Shown: positions 17,442 to 26,753 of the stretch, one piece after another | How the letters are laid out: every line of letters begins with the position of its first letter | Position numbering within the stretch: the stretch's first letter is position 1 | DNA from: an uncultured bacterium | GTDB lineage: Bacteria; Patescibacteriota; Minisyncoccia; Phycocordibacterales; UBA6065 | Reading direction: 5' to 3' | Assembly: GCA_966243015.1 (NCBI GenBank) | Contig: CBIMES010000002.1 | Coordinates: forward strand, 48,518 to 112,517 | Length of the DNA: 64,000 bases | Notes under the pieces: generated by a model | Seen by the model: only the letters and a program-made list of their open reading frames with translations | The model's database searches: none | What the model was told of the DNA's origin: nothing | Translations under genes and position numbers: made by a program

Positions 17442-17853
17442 TGATTTTTTCTGATTCAGACGCCTTCATAAGCCGACCGAAAACGCCCACCGTCGCCACG
17501 GCTCCGAGGGTATCCATAACGAGATCGAGAAGAGTGTCGGCCGCGTACCCCGCCATCGCCGGATCAGAGAAGCGGAAAATAATTTCATACACCTCCCACA
17601 GCACGCCCACGACGATGGTGAGAAGCACGACTGACACAAGGGACATGCGAGCCTTGAAGAAGCGGGAGAACGGCATCTCGAGAAGCCACAGCGCCGCCAA
17701 GGCGACCCACGCACCACCGAGGAAATGCATCATGATGTCAAACCACGGCACGGTCCAGTAATAAAAGAGGTCAGAGGCGATCCAGTGCAGGGCGGCCACC
17801 ACGACCAGAAGCACGAAAGACGGAAAGAAGTATCTGTTCCAAAGCATGAGCAA
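17434..17853 (-). CDS. Hypothetical integral membrane protein (139 aa, 4 TM)
   Basis: Hydrophobic helices. Its start overlaps the stop of the upstream gene by 8 nt. A promoter-like TATACT lies just upstream. Confidence 0.5.
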   Translation of the reverse strand: MLMLWNRYFFPSFVLLVVVAALHWIASDLFYYWTVPWFDIMMHFLGGAWVALAALWLLEMPFSRFFKARMSLVSVVLLTIVVGVLWEVYEIIFRFSDPAMAGYAADTLLDLVMDTLGAVATVGVFGRLMKASESEKINE

Positions 17854-17881
17854 AGTATATCACGCACAGACAAAACCCCAC

Positions 17882-17912
17882 CGCGGCGATGCGGTGGGGT
17901 TCTCTATGGGGT
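17882..17912 (-). terminator. Terminator hairpin (ccccaccgc...gcggtgggg) downstream of ndk on the minus strand
   Basis: 9-bp GC stem followed by ttttgtctg on the minus strand. Confidence 0.55.
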
Positions 17913-18106
17913 CATCCGAATATTGTCCCTAGTGTGAACTAGGTGGGTGACCGCAGCGGCATGCCAGAGCATGAGGCAATATAGGTCTCCCTAAAAAAAT
18001 GTTATAGAGTTAATATTCGAATAACCCTGTAACCATTATAGACCTGCCCCCTTCCCGCGCAATTGGGGACATTCAGAGCGAAACAGAAAAAGAGAACGGT
18101 CTAATC

Positions 18107-18715
18107 CTATTCCAAAATACCGTCCAGGTTAGCGTCGTACAGGATTGCCTCCTGAACGTGTCGGTAATCCACGATTTCATCCGGTGAGAACCAGTGAGGG
18201 ATTTCCTGCTCCGCCTCGGCCACCGAGCCAGACGCGTGAACAAGGTTCCTGACCGAGCGGTCATCCTGGTGGCTCATTTCATACGAGTCGAGGACAAAAT
18301 CGCCGCGGATAGTTCCCACATCTGAGGTCAGCGGTTCTGTTCCCCCTGTAAGCTTACGCACAATGGCCACGGCATGGGCCCCCTCAAGGACCATAGCGAT
18401 GACAGGCCCGCTTGTAATGTACTTCTTGAGCTTGCGGAGAATGACGTTGGTGACGTCAATCGGATTGTCACCGTGAGGATGCTTGAGACCCCTGTCCGTA
18501 TAGGCCTTAATGGACTTCTCGCCCGTCTTCACGCGCCACTCTGGATCAAGCGTGTAGTGCTTCTCGACATGCTCCTCGGACACCACGAGCATTTTTATGG
18601 CGGCGATCTTAAGGCCAATGCGCTCGTAGCGCTGGATAATCTCCCCCACCAAGGTCCTCTGCACTCCGTCAGGCTTGATAACGACTAGCGTTCGCTCGTT
18701 CTTTGGGTGCTTCAT
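18107..18715 (-). CDS. ndk: Nucleoside diphosphate kinase (long form)
   Basis: VIKPDGVQRTLVGEIIQRYE...; 202 aa. Confidence 0.85.
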   Translation of the reverse strand: MKHPKNERTLVVIKPDGVQRTLVGEIIQRYERIGLKIAAIKMLVVSEEHVEKHYTLDPEWRVKTGEKSIKAYTDRGLKHPHGDNPIDVTNVILRKLKKYITSGPVIAMVLEGAHAVAIVRKLTGGTEPLTSDVGTIRGDFVLDSYEMSHQDDRSVRNLVHASGSVAEAEQEIPHWFSPDEIVDYRHVQEAILYDANLDGILE

Positions 18716-18727
18716 GATGGAATGTGA

Positions 18728-19504
18728 TTACAATTTAGTAAGTATCTGCGGACCCCGCTTGGTAATAGCGACCGTGTGCTCGAAATGGGCCGAAAGCGAG
18801 CCGTCAGCGGTTCGATATGTGTATCCGTCGCTTTTGTCGAGGCGCACCTTCGGCGAACCGACATTGATGATAGGCTCGATGGCAATAACCATGCCCGGCA
18901 CCAGAAGCTCTCCGTCACCCGGGTCGCCGTAGTTTGGCACATACGGATCCTCGTGGACGCTGTAACCAACGCCGTGACCCGCGAGTTCTTCAACGATGCC
19001 GAAGCCAAGGGGTCTTATGACCGCCTCGACGGCATGACCTATATGTCCCGTAGTATTGCCCGGCTTCGCCTCTTTGATGGCTGCCTCAAGGGCCTGCTTG
19101 GTCGCCTTCAAAAGAAGCTTGGCCTCCTTGCTCACCCTGCCCACCGGCACCGTGACCGCGCCATCGACAATCATACCCTTGTGCACGAGGCCGAGATCGA
19201 GCGAGACAATGTCGCCCTCCTTGAACACAATTTCCTTCTCATTCGGGATGCCGTGAACGACGGCATCGTTCACGGACACGATAAGGCTCGCCGGATACGG
19301 CCTCTTTGCGCCGTACGGCGTGTAGTTGAGAAAGGCCGCGGTATCACCACCCTCGGCGATGAGACGCGCCGCAAGATCATCAAGCGACTTCGCCGTAACT
19401 CCTGGCGCGACGGCGCGAGACACCTCCCTCAGAATGAAGGCGTGCCTCTTCCCTCCCTCGCGGAGAATCTTTATGTCTGCTGCTGTTTTAATCTGTACGG
19501 CCAT
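18728..19504 (-). CDS. map: Methionine aminopeptidase type I
   Basis: Pita-bread fold motifs (DIVSLDLGLVHKGMIVD...HGVGYSVHEDP...IAIEPII). Confidence 0.9.
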   Translation of the reverse strand: MAVQIKTAADIKILREGGKRHAFILREVSRAVAPGVTAKSLDDLAARLIAEGGDTAAFLNYTPYGAKRPYPASLIVSVNDAVVHGIPNEKEIVFKEGDIVSLDLGLVHKGMIVDGAVTVPVGRVSKEAKLLLKATKQALEAAIKEAKPGNTTGHIGHAVEAVIRPLGFGIVEELAGHGVGYSVHEDPYVPNYGDPGDGELLVPGMVIAIEPIINVGSPKVRLDKSDGYTYRTADGSLSAHFEHTVAITKRGPQILTKL

Positions 19505-19522
19505 AGGTAAATGCGATGGGTG

Positions 19523-20122
19523 CTACCCCTGAATGCCCAGAACCTTGAGAATGTCCTTGTGCACGTTCTCGATGGTCTGGTCTCCGTCAATATTCACGAA
19601 ATTGTAATAGGGATTCGTCTCGAAGTAGTGAACGGCCTTCATGACGTCTGTCTCGAACCAGCGCAGACGCTCGGCGATCTTCTCCTCCTTGTCGTCGTGT
19701 CTGCCGCGCTTGAGCAAGCGGGTGGTAACTTCGGCGACAGGCACGTCGAGGAAGAGAATGGTCGGCTTCTCGCGACCGTAGAACTGAAGCGCGGAATCGA
19801 GGATCGGAGCCTCGTCAGGCCTTCGGGAGACGCCGTCAAACACGAGGTGCTCTGGGCCGGTAAACTCCTCGACAAGGAGGCTTGTCCAAGTCCAGATCGG
19901 GATAAAGGCGGGCATGAGGCCTCCCGCGCCCATAACCTCCCTGGTCCGCTGGGCAGAGTAGGTTCCGCTGTCGTTCACGAACCTCCTGAATCGATCGCCC
20001 GTCTCGACGTAGATAGTCTTAACGCCCGCGTCCAGGGTCTTCAGCTTCTCAATAAGAAGCGCGGCCTGTGTACCCTTGCCAGATCCCGACCTCCCGAAGA
20101 AGACGCATGTGATTGGTTTCAT
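19523..20122 (-). CDS. adk: Adenylate kinase
   Basis: P-loop FFGRSGSGKGTQA; 199 aa. Positioned after secY as in the canonical spc cluster. Confidence 0.9.
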   Translation of the reverse strand: MKPITCVFFGRSGSGKGTQAALLIEKLKTLDAGVKTIYVETGDRFRRFVNDSGTYSAQRTREVMGAGGLMPAFIPIWTWTSLLVEEFTGPEHLVFDGVSRRPDEAPILDSALQFYGREKPTILFLDVPVAEVTTRLLKRGRHDDKEEKIAERLRWFETDVMKAVHYFETNPYYNFVNIDGDQTIENVHKDILKVLGIQG

Positions 20123-20183
20123 GGCATCAGTCTATCCTAACGGGCCCCAAAAGCAAAAGCCGCCCTTTCGGGCGGCCTTGCGA

Positions 20184-21455
20184 CTAGTATTCCCTCATCG
20201 ATACCTGCGCATCGAGTTTCTTCACGACGTCGAGTACCACTGAGACCACGATGAGAAGTCCGGTACCGCCGATGGCAAGGGTGGTGATACCCGTATAGCT
20301 TCGGAGGATGAGCGGAAGCACGGCGATGACACCGAGGAAGAGGGCTCCCACGAGAGTGATTCGAGTGACAATCTTCGAGAGGTGCTCTGCGGTCGACTGT
20401 CCCGGTCGAACGCCTGGGATAAAGGCGCCTGACTTCTGGAGGTTCTCAGAGATGGTCTGAGGGTCGAAGGTGACCGCCGTGTAGAAGTAGGTGAAGACGA
20501 AGACGAGGAGGAAGTAGGCGATGTTGTAGAGGAGGTGGTTGTTGATGAACGAGAGGCCCACGCTCGAGATGTTGGCAAGCACCGCGTTAGACGAGGTGGC
20601 AAGGAAGTTGAAGATCATCTGAGGGAAGAGGAGGATCGAGAGGGCGAAAATGATCGGAATCACACCGGCCTGGTTAAGACGAAGCGGAAGGTAGGTCGAG
20701 GTTCCGCCATAGACCCTCGCCCCCCTCACCTGCTTTGCGTAAGTGACTGGAATCGATCGCTCTGCCTCGGTCACGAAGATAACGGCGTAGATAACGGCAA
20801 GAGCGAGAACGCCGAGACCGATATACATAGGGAGCATCGAAGGATCGTACGCCGCGAACGCGCCGACGAGGTGCTGAGGAAACGCCGCGACGATACCGGC
20901 AAAGATAATAAGAGAGGTTCCGTTGCCGAGGCCGAACTCAGTGATGAGCTCGCCGAGCCACATGAGGAACATGGAGCCAGCGGCTATGACGAGGACGTTG
21001 AGAATGAGTCCAAAGGCGCTGAGGTCGGGGATAATCGCCTGTCGCTGGAGAATTACGATAAAGCTGAACGCCTGGATGAGGGCAAGAGGAAGGGCGATGC
21101 GCCTTGAGTACTGGGCAAATCGAACGCGACCCGCCTCACCCTCCTCTTGGTAGAGAGCCTTGAGGCGAGGAGACATTATAGTGAGAAGCTGCATGATGAT
21201 CGACGCCGTGATGTACGGACCGACTCCGAGCATGACAATCGAGAGATTCGAAAGACCGCCTCCCGAGAAGAGGTTAAGAAGGCCGAAGAACTGGCTGTTC
21301 TCGAAGAGAGACGCCAGTCGAACGGTGTCGATTCCCGGAATAGGAATCGCCGTGAGAAGCCTGAAGGCTACGAGGATGAACGCAACGAAGAGGATTCTCT
21401 TTCTAAGGCCCTTGTCTCTGAAAACGTGAGAAATCTTGTCTATGAATGCATTCAT
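20184..21455 (-). CDS. secY: Preprotein translocase subunit SecY
   Basis: 423 aa with 10 TM helices and a canonical SecY sequence. Confidence 0.95.
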   Translation of the reverse strand: MNAFIDKISHVFRDKGLRKRILFVAFILVAFRLLTAIPIPGIDTVRLASLFENSQFFGLLNLFSGGGLSNLSIVMLGVGPYITASIIMQLLTIMSPRLKALYQEEGEAGRVRFAQYSRRIALPLALIQAFSFIVILQRQAIIPDLSAFGLILNVLVIAAGSMFLMWLGELITEFGLGNGTSLIIFAGIVAAFPQHLVGAFAAYDPSMLPMYIGLGVLALAVIYAVIFVTEAERSIPVTYAKQVRGARVYGGTSTYLPLRLNQAGVIPIIFALSILLFPQMIFNFLATSSNAVLANISSVGLSFINNHLLYNIAYFLLVFVFTYFYTAVTFDPQTISENLQKSGAFIPGVRPGQSTAEHLSKIVTRITLVGALFLGVIAVLPLILRSYTGITTLAIGGTGLLIVVSVVLDVVKKLDAQVSMREY

Positions 21456-21473
21456 GGTTGTTCTGTAGTGTGT

Positions 21474-21908
21474 TTAAGCGTGAACCGTACCGCCCGCCTT
21501 CTCGAATACTGCCTTTGCCGATGCTGAGATCTCTACGCCTGAGACGATGAGCTTCTTGGTGATTTCGCCGCTCGTGAGAATCTTGATTCGAGGGTAGTTT
21601 CCGTCGATCTTTGAGATGATTCCCTTTGAGGCGAGAGTCCTTGGCTCCACTCGATCCCCTGCCTTGAAGTTCTTCTCGATGGCGCTCAGGGTGACGGTTA
21701 CTGGCTTTGCCACGATTGACTTGAAGGCGTATCCGCGGAGCTTAGGGAGTCGCTTGATGAAGTCTCGGAGCTCCGGTCGCTTCTTGGCGCCGGCTCGAGA
21801 GTCCTGACCCTTCTGGCCGCGTCCCGAGGTCTTGCCGCGCTTTCCGCCTCGGCCAATCTGGGCCATCTTCATATTAGGGGTCTTTCGCTTGATGTTGTGA
21901 AGCTGCAT
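21474..21908 (-). CDS. rplO: 50S ribosomal protein L15
   Basis: GRGGKRGKTSGRGQKGQ motif. Confidence 0.9.
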   Translation of the reverse strand: MQLHNIKRKTPNMKMAQIGRGGKRGKTSGRGQKGQDSRAGAKKRPELRDFIKRLPKLRGYAFKSIVAKPVTVTLSAIEKNFKAGDRVEPRTLASKGIISKIDGNYPRIKILTSGEITKKLIVSGVEISASAKAVFEKAGGTVHA

Positions 21909-21922
21909 GGTGATTGTGTTAA

Positions 21923-22531
21923 TTACGCCTTCTTCGAAGAAGCAGGTCGAGAGAGCTTGAGGCCCTGGAGTGCCGCGATAGTGGCGCGAGCGATGTTGAG
22001 CTTGTTCTTTGAAGGAGAGACAACCTTCGCCGCAACGTTGCTGATGCCTGCGAGCTCGAGAACGGTTCGAGCGGACGAACCAGCGACGAGGCCGCGGTCC
22101 TTCACAGGTCGAATCGAGACGCGAGCCGAAGCGTACTTCTCGAATACCTCGTGAGGGATAGACATGTCCTTGGTGACGTTCACCTTGACCATGTTCTTCT
22201 TTGCGTCACGGAACGCCTTGTCGATGGCGAGAGCGGTGTCTCCGGCCTTGCCGAGACCAACGCCGACCATTCCCTTCCTGTTACCCGCAACCATGGCGAC
22301 AGAGAACGCGAAGCGTCGTCCGCCAGACACGGTTCGAGACACGCGTCGGATGTTGAGCATAGTGCTGTCGTACTCAGGCTTTGCGCGAGGGGCGCGAGAG
22401 TCAGGTCGTCGTGGACCCGGTCGGCGAGGGCCGCCCTGGAATGAGCCTCGAGGACCGCGAGGAGCGATTCCCTGAGCTGCTGCAGGTGCAGCGGTCGTAG
22501 CCTTATTCTCTGTTGTGTTTTCTGGATTCAT
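21923..22531 (-). CDS. rpsE: 30S ribosomal protein S5 (with an Ala/Pro/Arg-rich N-terminal extension)
   Basis: NIRRVSRTVSGGRRFAFSVAMVAGN...VSIRPVKDRGLVAGSSARTVLELAGI. Only 14 nt separate it from rplO, so no L30 gene is present. Confidence 0.9.
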   Translation of the reverse strand: MNPENTTENKATTAAPAAAQGIAPRGPRGSFQGGPRRPGPRRPDSRAPRAKPEYDSTMLNIRRVSRTVSGGRRFAFSVAMVAGNRKGMVGVGLGKAGDTALAIDKAFRDAKKNMVKVNVTKDMSIPHEVFEKYASARVSIRPVKDRGLVAGSSARTVLELAGISNVAAKVVSPSKNKLNIARATIAALQGLKLSRPASSKKA

Positions 22532-22536
22532 ACGTA

Positions 22537-22887
22537 TTAGAATTTAAGTCCGCCCTCTCGTGCGCCGTCGGCGAGTGCCTTGACGCGACCCTTATATCCG
22601 AAACCGCCTCGGTCAAAGACGACGGCCTCAACCTTGAGAGCCACAGCCTTCTTTGCGAGCTCCTTTCCTACCGAGAAGGCAACATCAACCTTCTTGCCCT
22701 TGGTCGTCTCGAGAGACGACGCCGAGGCGAGCGTCTTCGCAGCCTCATCGTCGATGAGCTGAGCGTAGACGTATCGGTTCGATCGGAATACGGCGAGACG
22801 AGGAAGCTCCTTCGTGCCGAAAATCCTCGAGCGGATCTTCGCGTGCCTTCGTACCCTCTTCTGCTTTTTGATGTTTGGATTTGCCAT
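22537..22887 (-). CDS. rplR: 50S ribosomal protein L18
   Basis: RLAVFRSNRYVYAQLIDD...GGFGYKGRVKALADGAREGGLKF. Confidence 0.9.
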   Translation of the reverse strand: MANPNIKKQKRVRRHAKIRSRIFGTKELPRLAVFRSNRYVYAQLIDDEAAKTLASASSLETTKGKKVDVAFSVGKELAKKAVALKVEAVVFDRGGFGYKGRVKALADGAREGGLKF

Positions 22888-22912
22888 AAATGTGTTCTAT
22901 GCGTAGATGTTA

Positions 22913-23440
22913 TTACGCTGCCTTCTTACCCTGCTTTCGGCGGATAACCTCGGTCTCGTATCGGATTCCCTTACCCTTGTACGGCTCAGGCTTCTTGAGA
23001 GATCGGACCTTCGCCGCGAAGCTGCCGACGAGCTCGCTGTCGATTCCGGTGACGGTGATGAGGTTCTTGTCCGCGGTAACCTTGAGGCCGGCTGGTATAG
23101 CCACGCTTACCGGATGAGAGAAGCCGAGGGAGAGAGCGAGCTCGGTTCCCTTTACGTCAGACTTGAAGCCGATTCCCTCGACGATGAGCTTCTTGGTGAA
23201 TCCCTTAGTCACGCCCTCGATCATGTTCTTGATGTGAGATGCGTAGGTTCCCGTGAGCATGTAGTCCTCGTTTCGCTTGAGGGCCACGGTTACAGCGCCG
23301 TTCTCGGCCTTGATCTCGATGCCCGGCTTGAAATCGCGAGCGATCTCGCCCAAAGGTCCCTTGACCGCTACGGTAAGACCATTGACCTTTACCTCGGTCT
23401 TCTCAGGGATAACGATTGGTTTTTTTGCTACTCGTGACAT
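22913..23440 (-). CDS. rplF: 50S ribosomal protein L6
   Basis: SRVAKKPIVIPEKTEVKVNG...; 175 aa. Confidence 0.9.
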   Translation of the reverse strand: MSRVAKKPIVIPEKTEVKVNGLTVAVKGPLGEIARDFKPGIEIKAENGAVTVALKRNEDYMLTGTYASHIKNMIEGVTKGFTKKLIVEGIGFKSDVKGTELALSLGFSHPVSVAIPAGLKVTADKNLITVTGIDSELVGSFAAKVRSLKKPEPYKGKGIRYETEVIRRKQGKKAA

Positions 23441-23461
23441 GGGATTTTTAATAATATGAAA

Positions 23462-23854
23462 TTACCAGATGTTGAAGAGAACCTCTCCGCCGACCTTCTC
23501 CTTTCGAGCCTCGTCATCGCTGAGGATGCCCTTTGAGGTTGAGTAGAAGGTTGAGCCGTGGCCCTGCTTGATGCCGAAGATCTCTGCGTATCCCTTGTAG
23601 ACGCGCTTTGAAGGCTTCGATACGCGAACGGCGTCGCTGATGCGAGGGGTTCCGTCTGGGTTGTAGATGAGTCCGATCTCGAGGAGCTTCTGGACCTTCT
23701 TTCCCTTCTTGACGCCCGGCTTCACGTATCCCTTGCGAGCAAGAGCCTCGGCGACGTCAGCGACGAAGTTCGAGAGCGGAACGACTACGACGTCCTTCTT
23801 GACGGCGCTTCCGTTCTTGAGCTGGGTTACGAGGTTTGAAATTGAATCTCTCAT
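23462..23854 (-). CDS. rpsH: 30S ribosomal protein S8
   Basis: Start placed at MRDSISNLVTQLKNG, which matches the M.DPIADMLTRIRN consensus. The ORF-track start 30 nt upstream would overlap rpsZ. Confidence 0.9.
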   Translation of the reverse strand: MRDSISNLVTQLKNGSAVKKDVVVVPLSNFVADVAEALARKGYVKPGVKKGKKVQKLLEIGLIYNPDGTPRISDAVRVSKPSKRVYKGYAEIFGIKQGHGSTFYSTSKGILSDDEARKEKVGGEVLFNIW

Positions 23855-23877
23855 GGGATGTGTGAATGGGTATCTAA

Positions 23878-24063
23878 TTACCAAGATGACTTCTTGATGC
23901 CTGGGATGAGGCCGTCGTTAGCGAGCTCACGGAAGCAGATTCGGCAGACGCCGAAGTCTCGCATGAATCCGTTCTTTCGTCCGCAGCGGAAACATCGCCT
24001 CACGACTCGAGTCGAGAACTTTGGTTTCTTCTGTGATCGCGCTATGACTGATGTTTTCGCCAT
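23878..24063 (-). CDS. rpsZ: 30S ribosomal protein S14 type Z (zinc-binding)
   Basis: 61 aa with CFRCGRK...CRIC. Confidence 0.9.
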   Translation of the reverse strand: MAKTSVIARSQKKPKFSTRVVRRCFRCGRKNGFMRDFGVCRICFRELANDGLIPGIKKSSW

Positions 24064-24167
24064 TTGAATTTTTTAGATAAAGAAAAAAGCTCTGTTGAAG
24101 CTTTCCGCCATACTATCATCATGATCCTGCTTAGTCAACGATGATATTTGGCGGAAAGACCGTTAAT

Positions 24168-24704
24168 TTAATCCTTTTTAATCGGGAAACCGAGAAGCTG
24201 GAGGAATCGCTTGGTCTCGGCCTTGTTCTTAATGTTAGTGCAAATCGTCACGCCGAGGCCGAAGACGTCCTTGAGCTCCTCCTCGGAAGCCTCAGGGAAG
24301 ATCGAGTGCTCGCGGATACCGAGGGTGTAGTTACCCATGTTATCGACGGAAGTCGACGGGAGGCCTCGGAAGTCCTTGGTTCGAGGGAGGGCGATGTGAA
24401 CGAGTTTCTCGAAGAAGTTCCACATCTTGTCGCCTCGGAGGGTAATCTGGTAACCCATTGGGTCGCCCTCTCGGGACTTATAAGAAGCAATTGACTTCTT
24501 GGCGCCGCGGAGCACCGGCTTCTGGCCGGTGATCTTGGCGAGGCGGTCAGCCGCAAGCTCAACCTTCTTCTTGTCCTTGAATGAGCCCACGCCGGCAGAG
24601 ACCACGATCTTGAGGATGCGAGGCGCCTGCATGACGTTGGTGTATCCGAACTCTGACTTCAGAGCCGCGAATGCATCATTCTGCTTTGCTTTAAGGGTTT
24701 TCAT
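24168..24704 (-). CDS. rplE: 50S ribosomal protein L5
   Basis: Canonical L5 sequence; 178 aa. Confidence 0.95.
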   Translation of the reverse strand: MKTLKAKQNDAFAALKSEFGYTNVMQAPRILKIVVSAGVGSFKDKKKVELAADRLAKITGQKPVLRGAKKSIASYKSREGDPMGYQITLRGDKMWNFFEKLVHIALPRTKDFRGLPSTSVDNMGNYTLGIREHSIFPEASEEELKDVFGLGVTICTNIKNKAETKRFLQLLGFPIKKD

Positions 24705-24710
24705 GGTGTT

Positions 24711-24935
24711 TTATTTCTTGCTTGCGAGCTTAACGTTCGATACGTCGAGTGGCATCTCCTTCTCTACGATCTGTCCCTTCTGGTTCGATCGGGTTGCGCG
24801 GAGGTGCTTCTTGACCTTGTTGACGCCTGAGACGACAACCTTGCCGAGCTTAGGGAGAGAGCGAACGACCTCGCCGGTCACGCCCTTGTCCTTGCCTGCG
24901 AGTACTATGACTTTGTCTCCTTTCTTTACGTGCAT
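24711..24935 (-). CDS. rplX: 50S ribosomal protein L24
   Basis: MHVKKGDKVIVLAGKDKGVTGEV, a KOW domain. Confidence 0.9.
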   Translation of the reverse strand: MHVKKGDKVIVLAGKDKGVTGEVVRSLPKLGKVVVSGVNKVKKHLRATRSNQKGQIVEKEMPLDVSNVKLASKK

Positions 24936-24958
24936 GGTAGTAATGTTAGTTATGCGTA

Positions 24959-25330
24959 TTAGACGATCTCAGGGGCTCGCGAAGCGATGGTCTTGAAACC
25001 CTTCTCGAGGACCTCTCGCGGAATAGGGCCGAAAACTCGACCTGCGAGAGGCTCCTTCTTCCCCTTCTCGAGAACGACGACTGCGTTCTCGTCGAAGCGG
25101 ATGTACGATCCGTCCTTTCGTCGGGTCGCGTTGACCGATCGGACGACGACGGCGTGGAGCACGTCCTTCTTCTTTACTGACTTTCGAGGCTCGGCCTTCT
25201 GGACAGAGAGCACTACGATGTCCCCCACCATTGCGTATCGCTTGGCGGCAGAGCCGAGCACCTTGAAGATGCGGCCGACCTTGGCACCTGAGTTGTCCGC
25301 GATATTTACGATTGAGCGTGGCTGTATCAT
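24959..25330 (-). CDS. rplN: 50S ribosomal protein L14
   Basis: MIQPRSIVNIADNSGAK. Confidence 0.95.
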   Translation of the reverse strand: MIQPRSIVNIADNSGAKVGRIFKVLGSAAKRYAMVGDIVVLSVQKAEPRKSVKKKDVLHAVVVRSVNATRRKDGSYIRFDENAVVVLEKGKKEPLAGRVFGPIPREVLEKGFKTIASRAPEIV

Positions 25331-25340
25331 GGTAGTTGTG

Positions 25341-25622
25341 TTATGCGGTTACGACCTTGAAGTGCTTGTCCTTCGAGATAGGTGCGCACTCGACGATGGT
25401 GACGGTCTCACCCTCCTTTCGGGTGTTGCCCGCGTCATGCGCCTTGAACTTCTTTGACACCTTCATGTATCGCTCGTACTTAGGGACCTTCACGAATCGG
25501 TCAACCTTTACGACGACCGTGTCCTTCATCTTGGTCGAGACGACGACGCCGGTGAGCTCTCGGGCCTTTGATGGGGCCTTGGTCTCGGCGACTGCTGCTT
25601 TTGTGGTTTTCTTTGTAAACAT
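25341..25622 (-). CDS. rpsQ: 30S ribosomal protein S17 (N-terminally extended)
   Basis: LTGVVVSTKMKDTVVVKVDRFVKVPKYERYMK. Only 13 nt separate it from rplP, leaving no room for L29. Confidence 0.9.
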   Translation of the reverse strand: MFTKKTTKAAVAETKAPSKARELTGVVVSTKMKDTVVVKVDRFVKVPKYERYMKVSKKFKAHDAGNTRKEGETVTIVECAPISKDKHFKVVTA

Positions 25623-25635
25623 ATAAGTAGTGGTA

Positions 25636-26064
25636 TTACGCGGTGAGCTCTCGTGAGATTACGACAGACTTTACCGGGAGCTTGGTTCCCGCCTTTCGGA
25701 AGGCCTCGCGCGCGACCGCCTCGGTAACGCCGTCAACCTCGAAGAGGACGCGACCCGGCTTAACAGGAGCGCAGTAGCCCTCGAGATCACCCTTACCCTT
25801 TCCGAGCTTAACCTCGGCAGGCTTCTTGGTGTATGGCATGTCCGGGAAGATGCGGATCCAGATCTTTCCGTTCTTTCCGATCTCTCGGGAGAGAACCTTT
25901 CGGGCAGACTCAATCTGCTGCGAGGTGATGCGGTACGCAGAGAGGGCTTTGATGCCGTATGAACCGAACGAGAGGGTCGTTCCGCGAGTCTCAAATCCCA
26001 TCTTCTTGGGATTCTTTCGCATCACGTGCCACTTTCGGTACTTAACTTTTTTTGGAAGCAACAT
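25636..26064 (-). CDS. rplP: 50S ribosomal protein L16
   Basis: MLLPKKVKYRKWH... Confidence 0.95.
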   Translation of the reverse strand: MLLPKKVKYRKWHVMRKNPKKMGFETRGTTLSFGSYGIKALSAYRITSQQIESARKVLSREIGKNGKIWIRIFPDMPYTKKPAEVKLGKGKGDLEGYCAPVKPGRVLFEVDGVTEAVAREAFRKAGTKLPVKSVVISRELTA

Positions 26065-26076
26065 ACAGGTGTTTTA

Positions 26077-26748
26077 TTAATTCTTTGACTTATTGAATAC
26101 CTCGCCCTTGTAGATCCAGACCTTGATGCCGATGTCACCATAGGTCATGTGGGCCTTCTCTCGAGCGTAGTCGATATCTGCTCGAAGGGTCTGAAGAGGG
26201 ATCTGGCCCTTCTTCATGTCCTCGACGCGGGCCATCTCGGCGCCGCCGAGTCGTCCGCCAAGGCAGATTCGAACTCCCTTCACGTCGCGGTTAGCCATGA
26301 CCTTCTCGATCATCTGCTTCATGACGCGTCGGAATGGGAGGCGCTTCTCGAGACCCTCGGCAACCATGTCAGCGACGATGGCAGCGTCAGACTCAGGAGA
26401 TCGAACCTCCTCGATGTCGATCTTGAGCTCCTGATTCTTGGCGAGCTTTGAACCGGTCTTGTTGAGGAACGCGAGAACATCCGCGCGGAGCTTCTGAGCA
26501 CCCTCACCCTGTCGGCCAATGATGATGCCTGGTCGAGAGGTCTTGATGATAAGGCGCATAGCCTTCTCGCTTCGCTCGATCTGCACGTCGCTTACGTAAG
26601 CGCCGCGGAATCGCTTGTCGAGGAACTCGCGGAGAAGAACGTCGGCCTTGAGGAAGGCCTGGTACTTGCCGTTCGGGGCGAACCACCTGGACTTCCAGTC
26701 CCTGATGATGCCGAGTCGGTGAGAATATGGGTGTACGGTGTGTGACAT
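26077..26748 (-). CDS. rpsC: 30S ribosomal protein S3
   Basis: KH domain and S3 C-terminal domain; 223 aa. Confidence 0.95.
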   Translation of the reverse strand: MSHTVHPYSHRLGIIRDWKSRWFAPNGKYQAFLKADVLLREFLDKRFRGAYVSDVQIERSEKAMRLIIKTSRPGIIIGRQGEGAQKLRADVLAFLNKTGSKLAKNQELKIDIEEVRSPESDAAIVADMVAEGLEKRLPFRRVMKQMIEKVMANRDVKGVRICLGGRLGGAEMARVEDMKKGQIPLQTLRADIDYAREKAHMTYGDIGIKVWIYKGEVFNKSKN

Positions 26749-26753
26749 ATGGT

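Noticed and set aside
23855-23884. Upstream ORF-track starts for rpsH, rplC, the pilin genes, rsmE, recJ and others
   Set aside because: Conserved N-terminal consensus sequences, signal or prepilin motifs, and overlaps with neighbouring genes or hairpins all support internal start codons over the longest-ORF starts.
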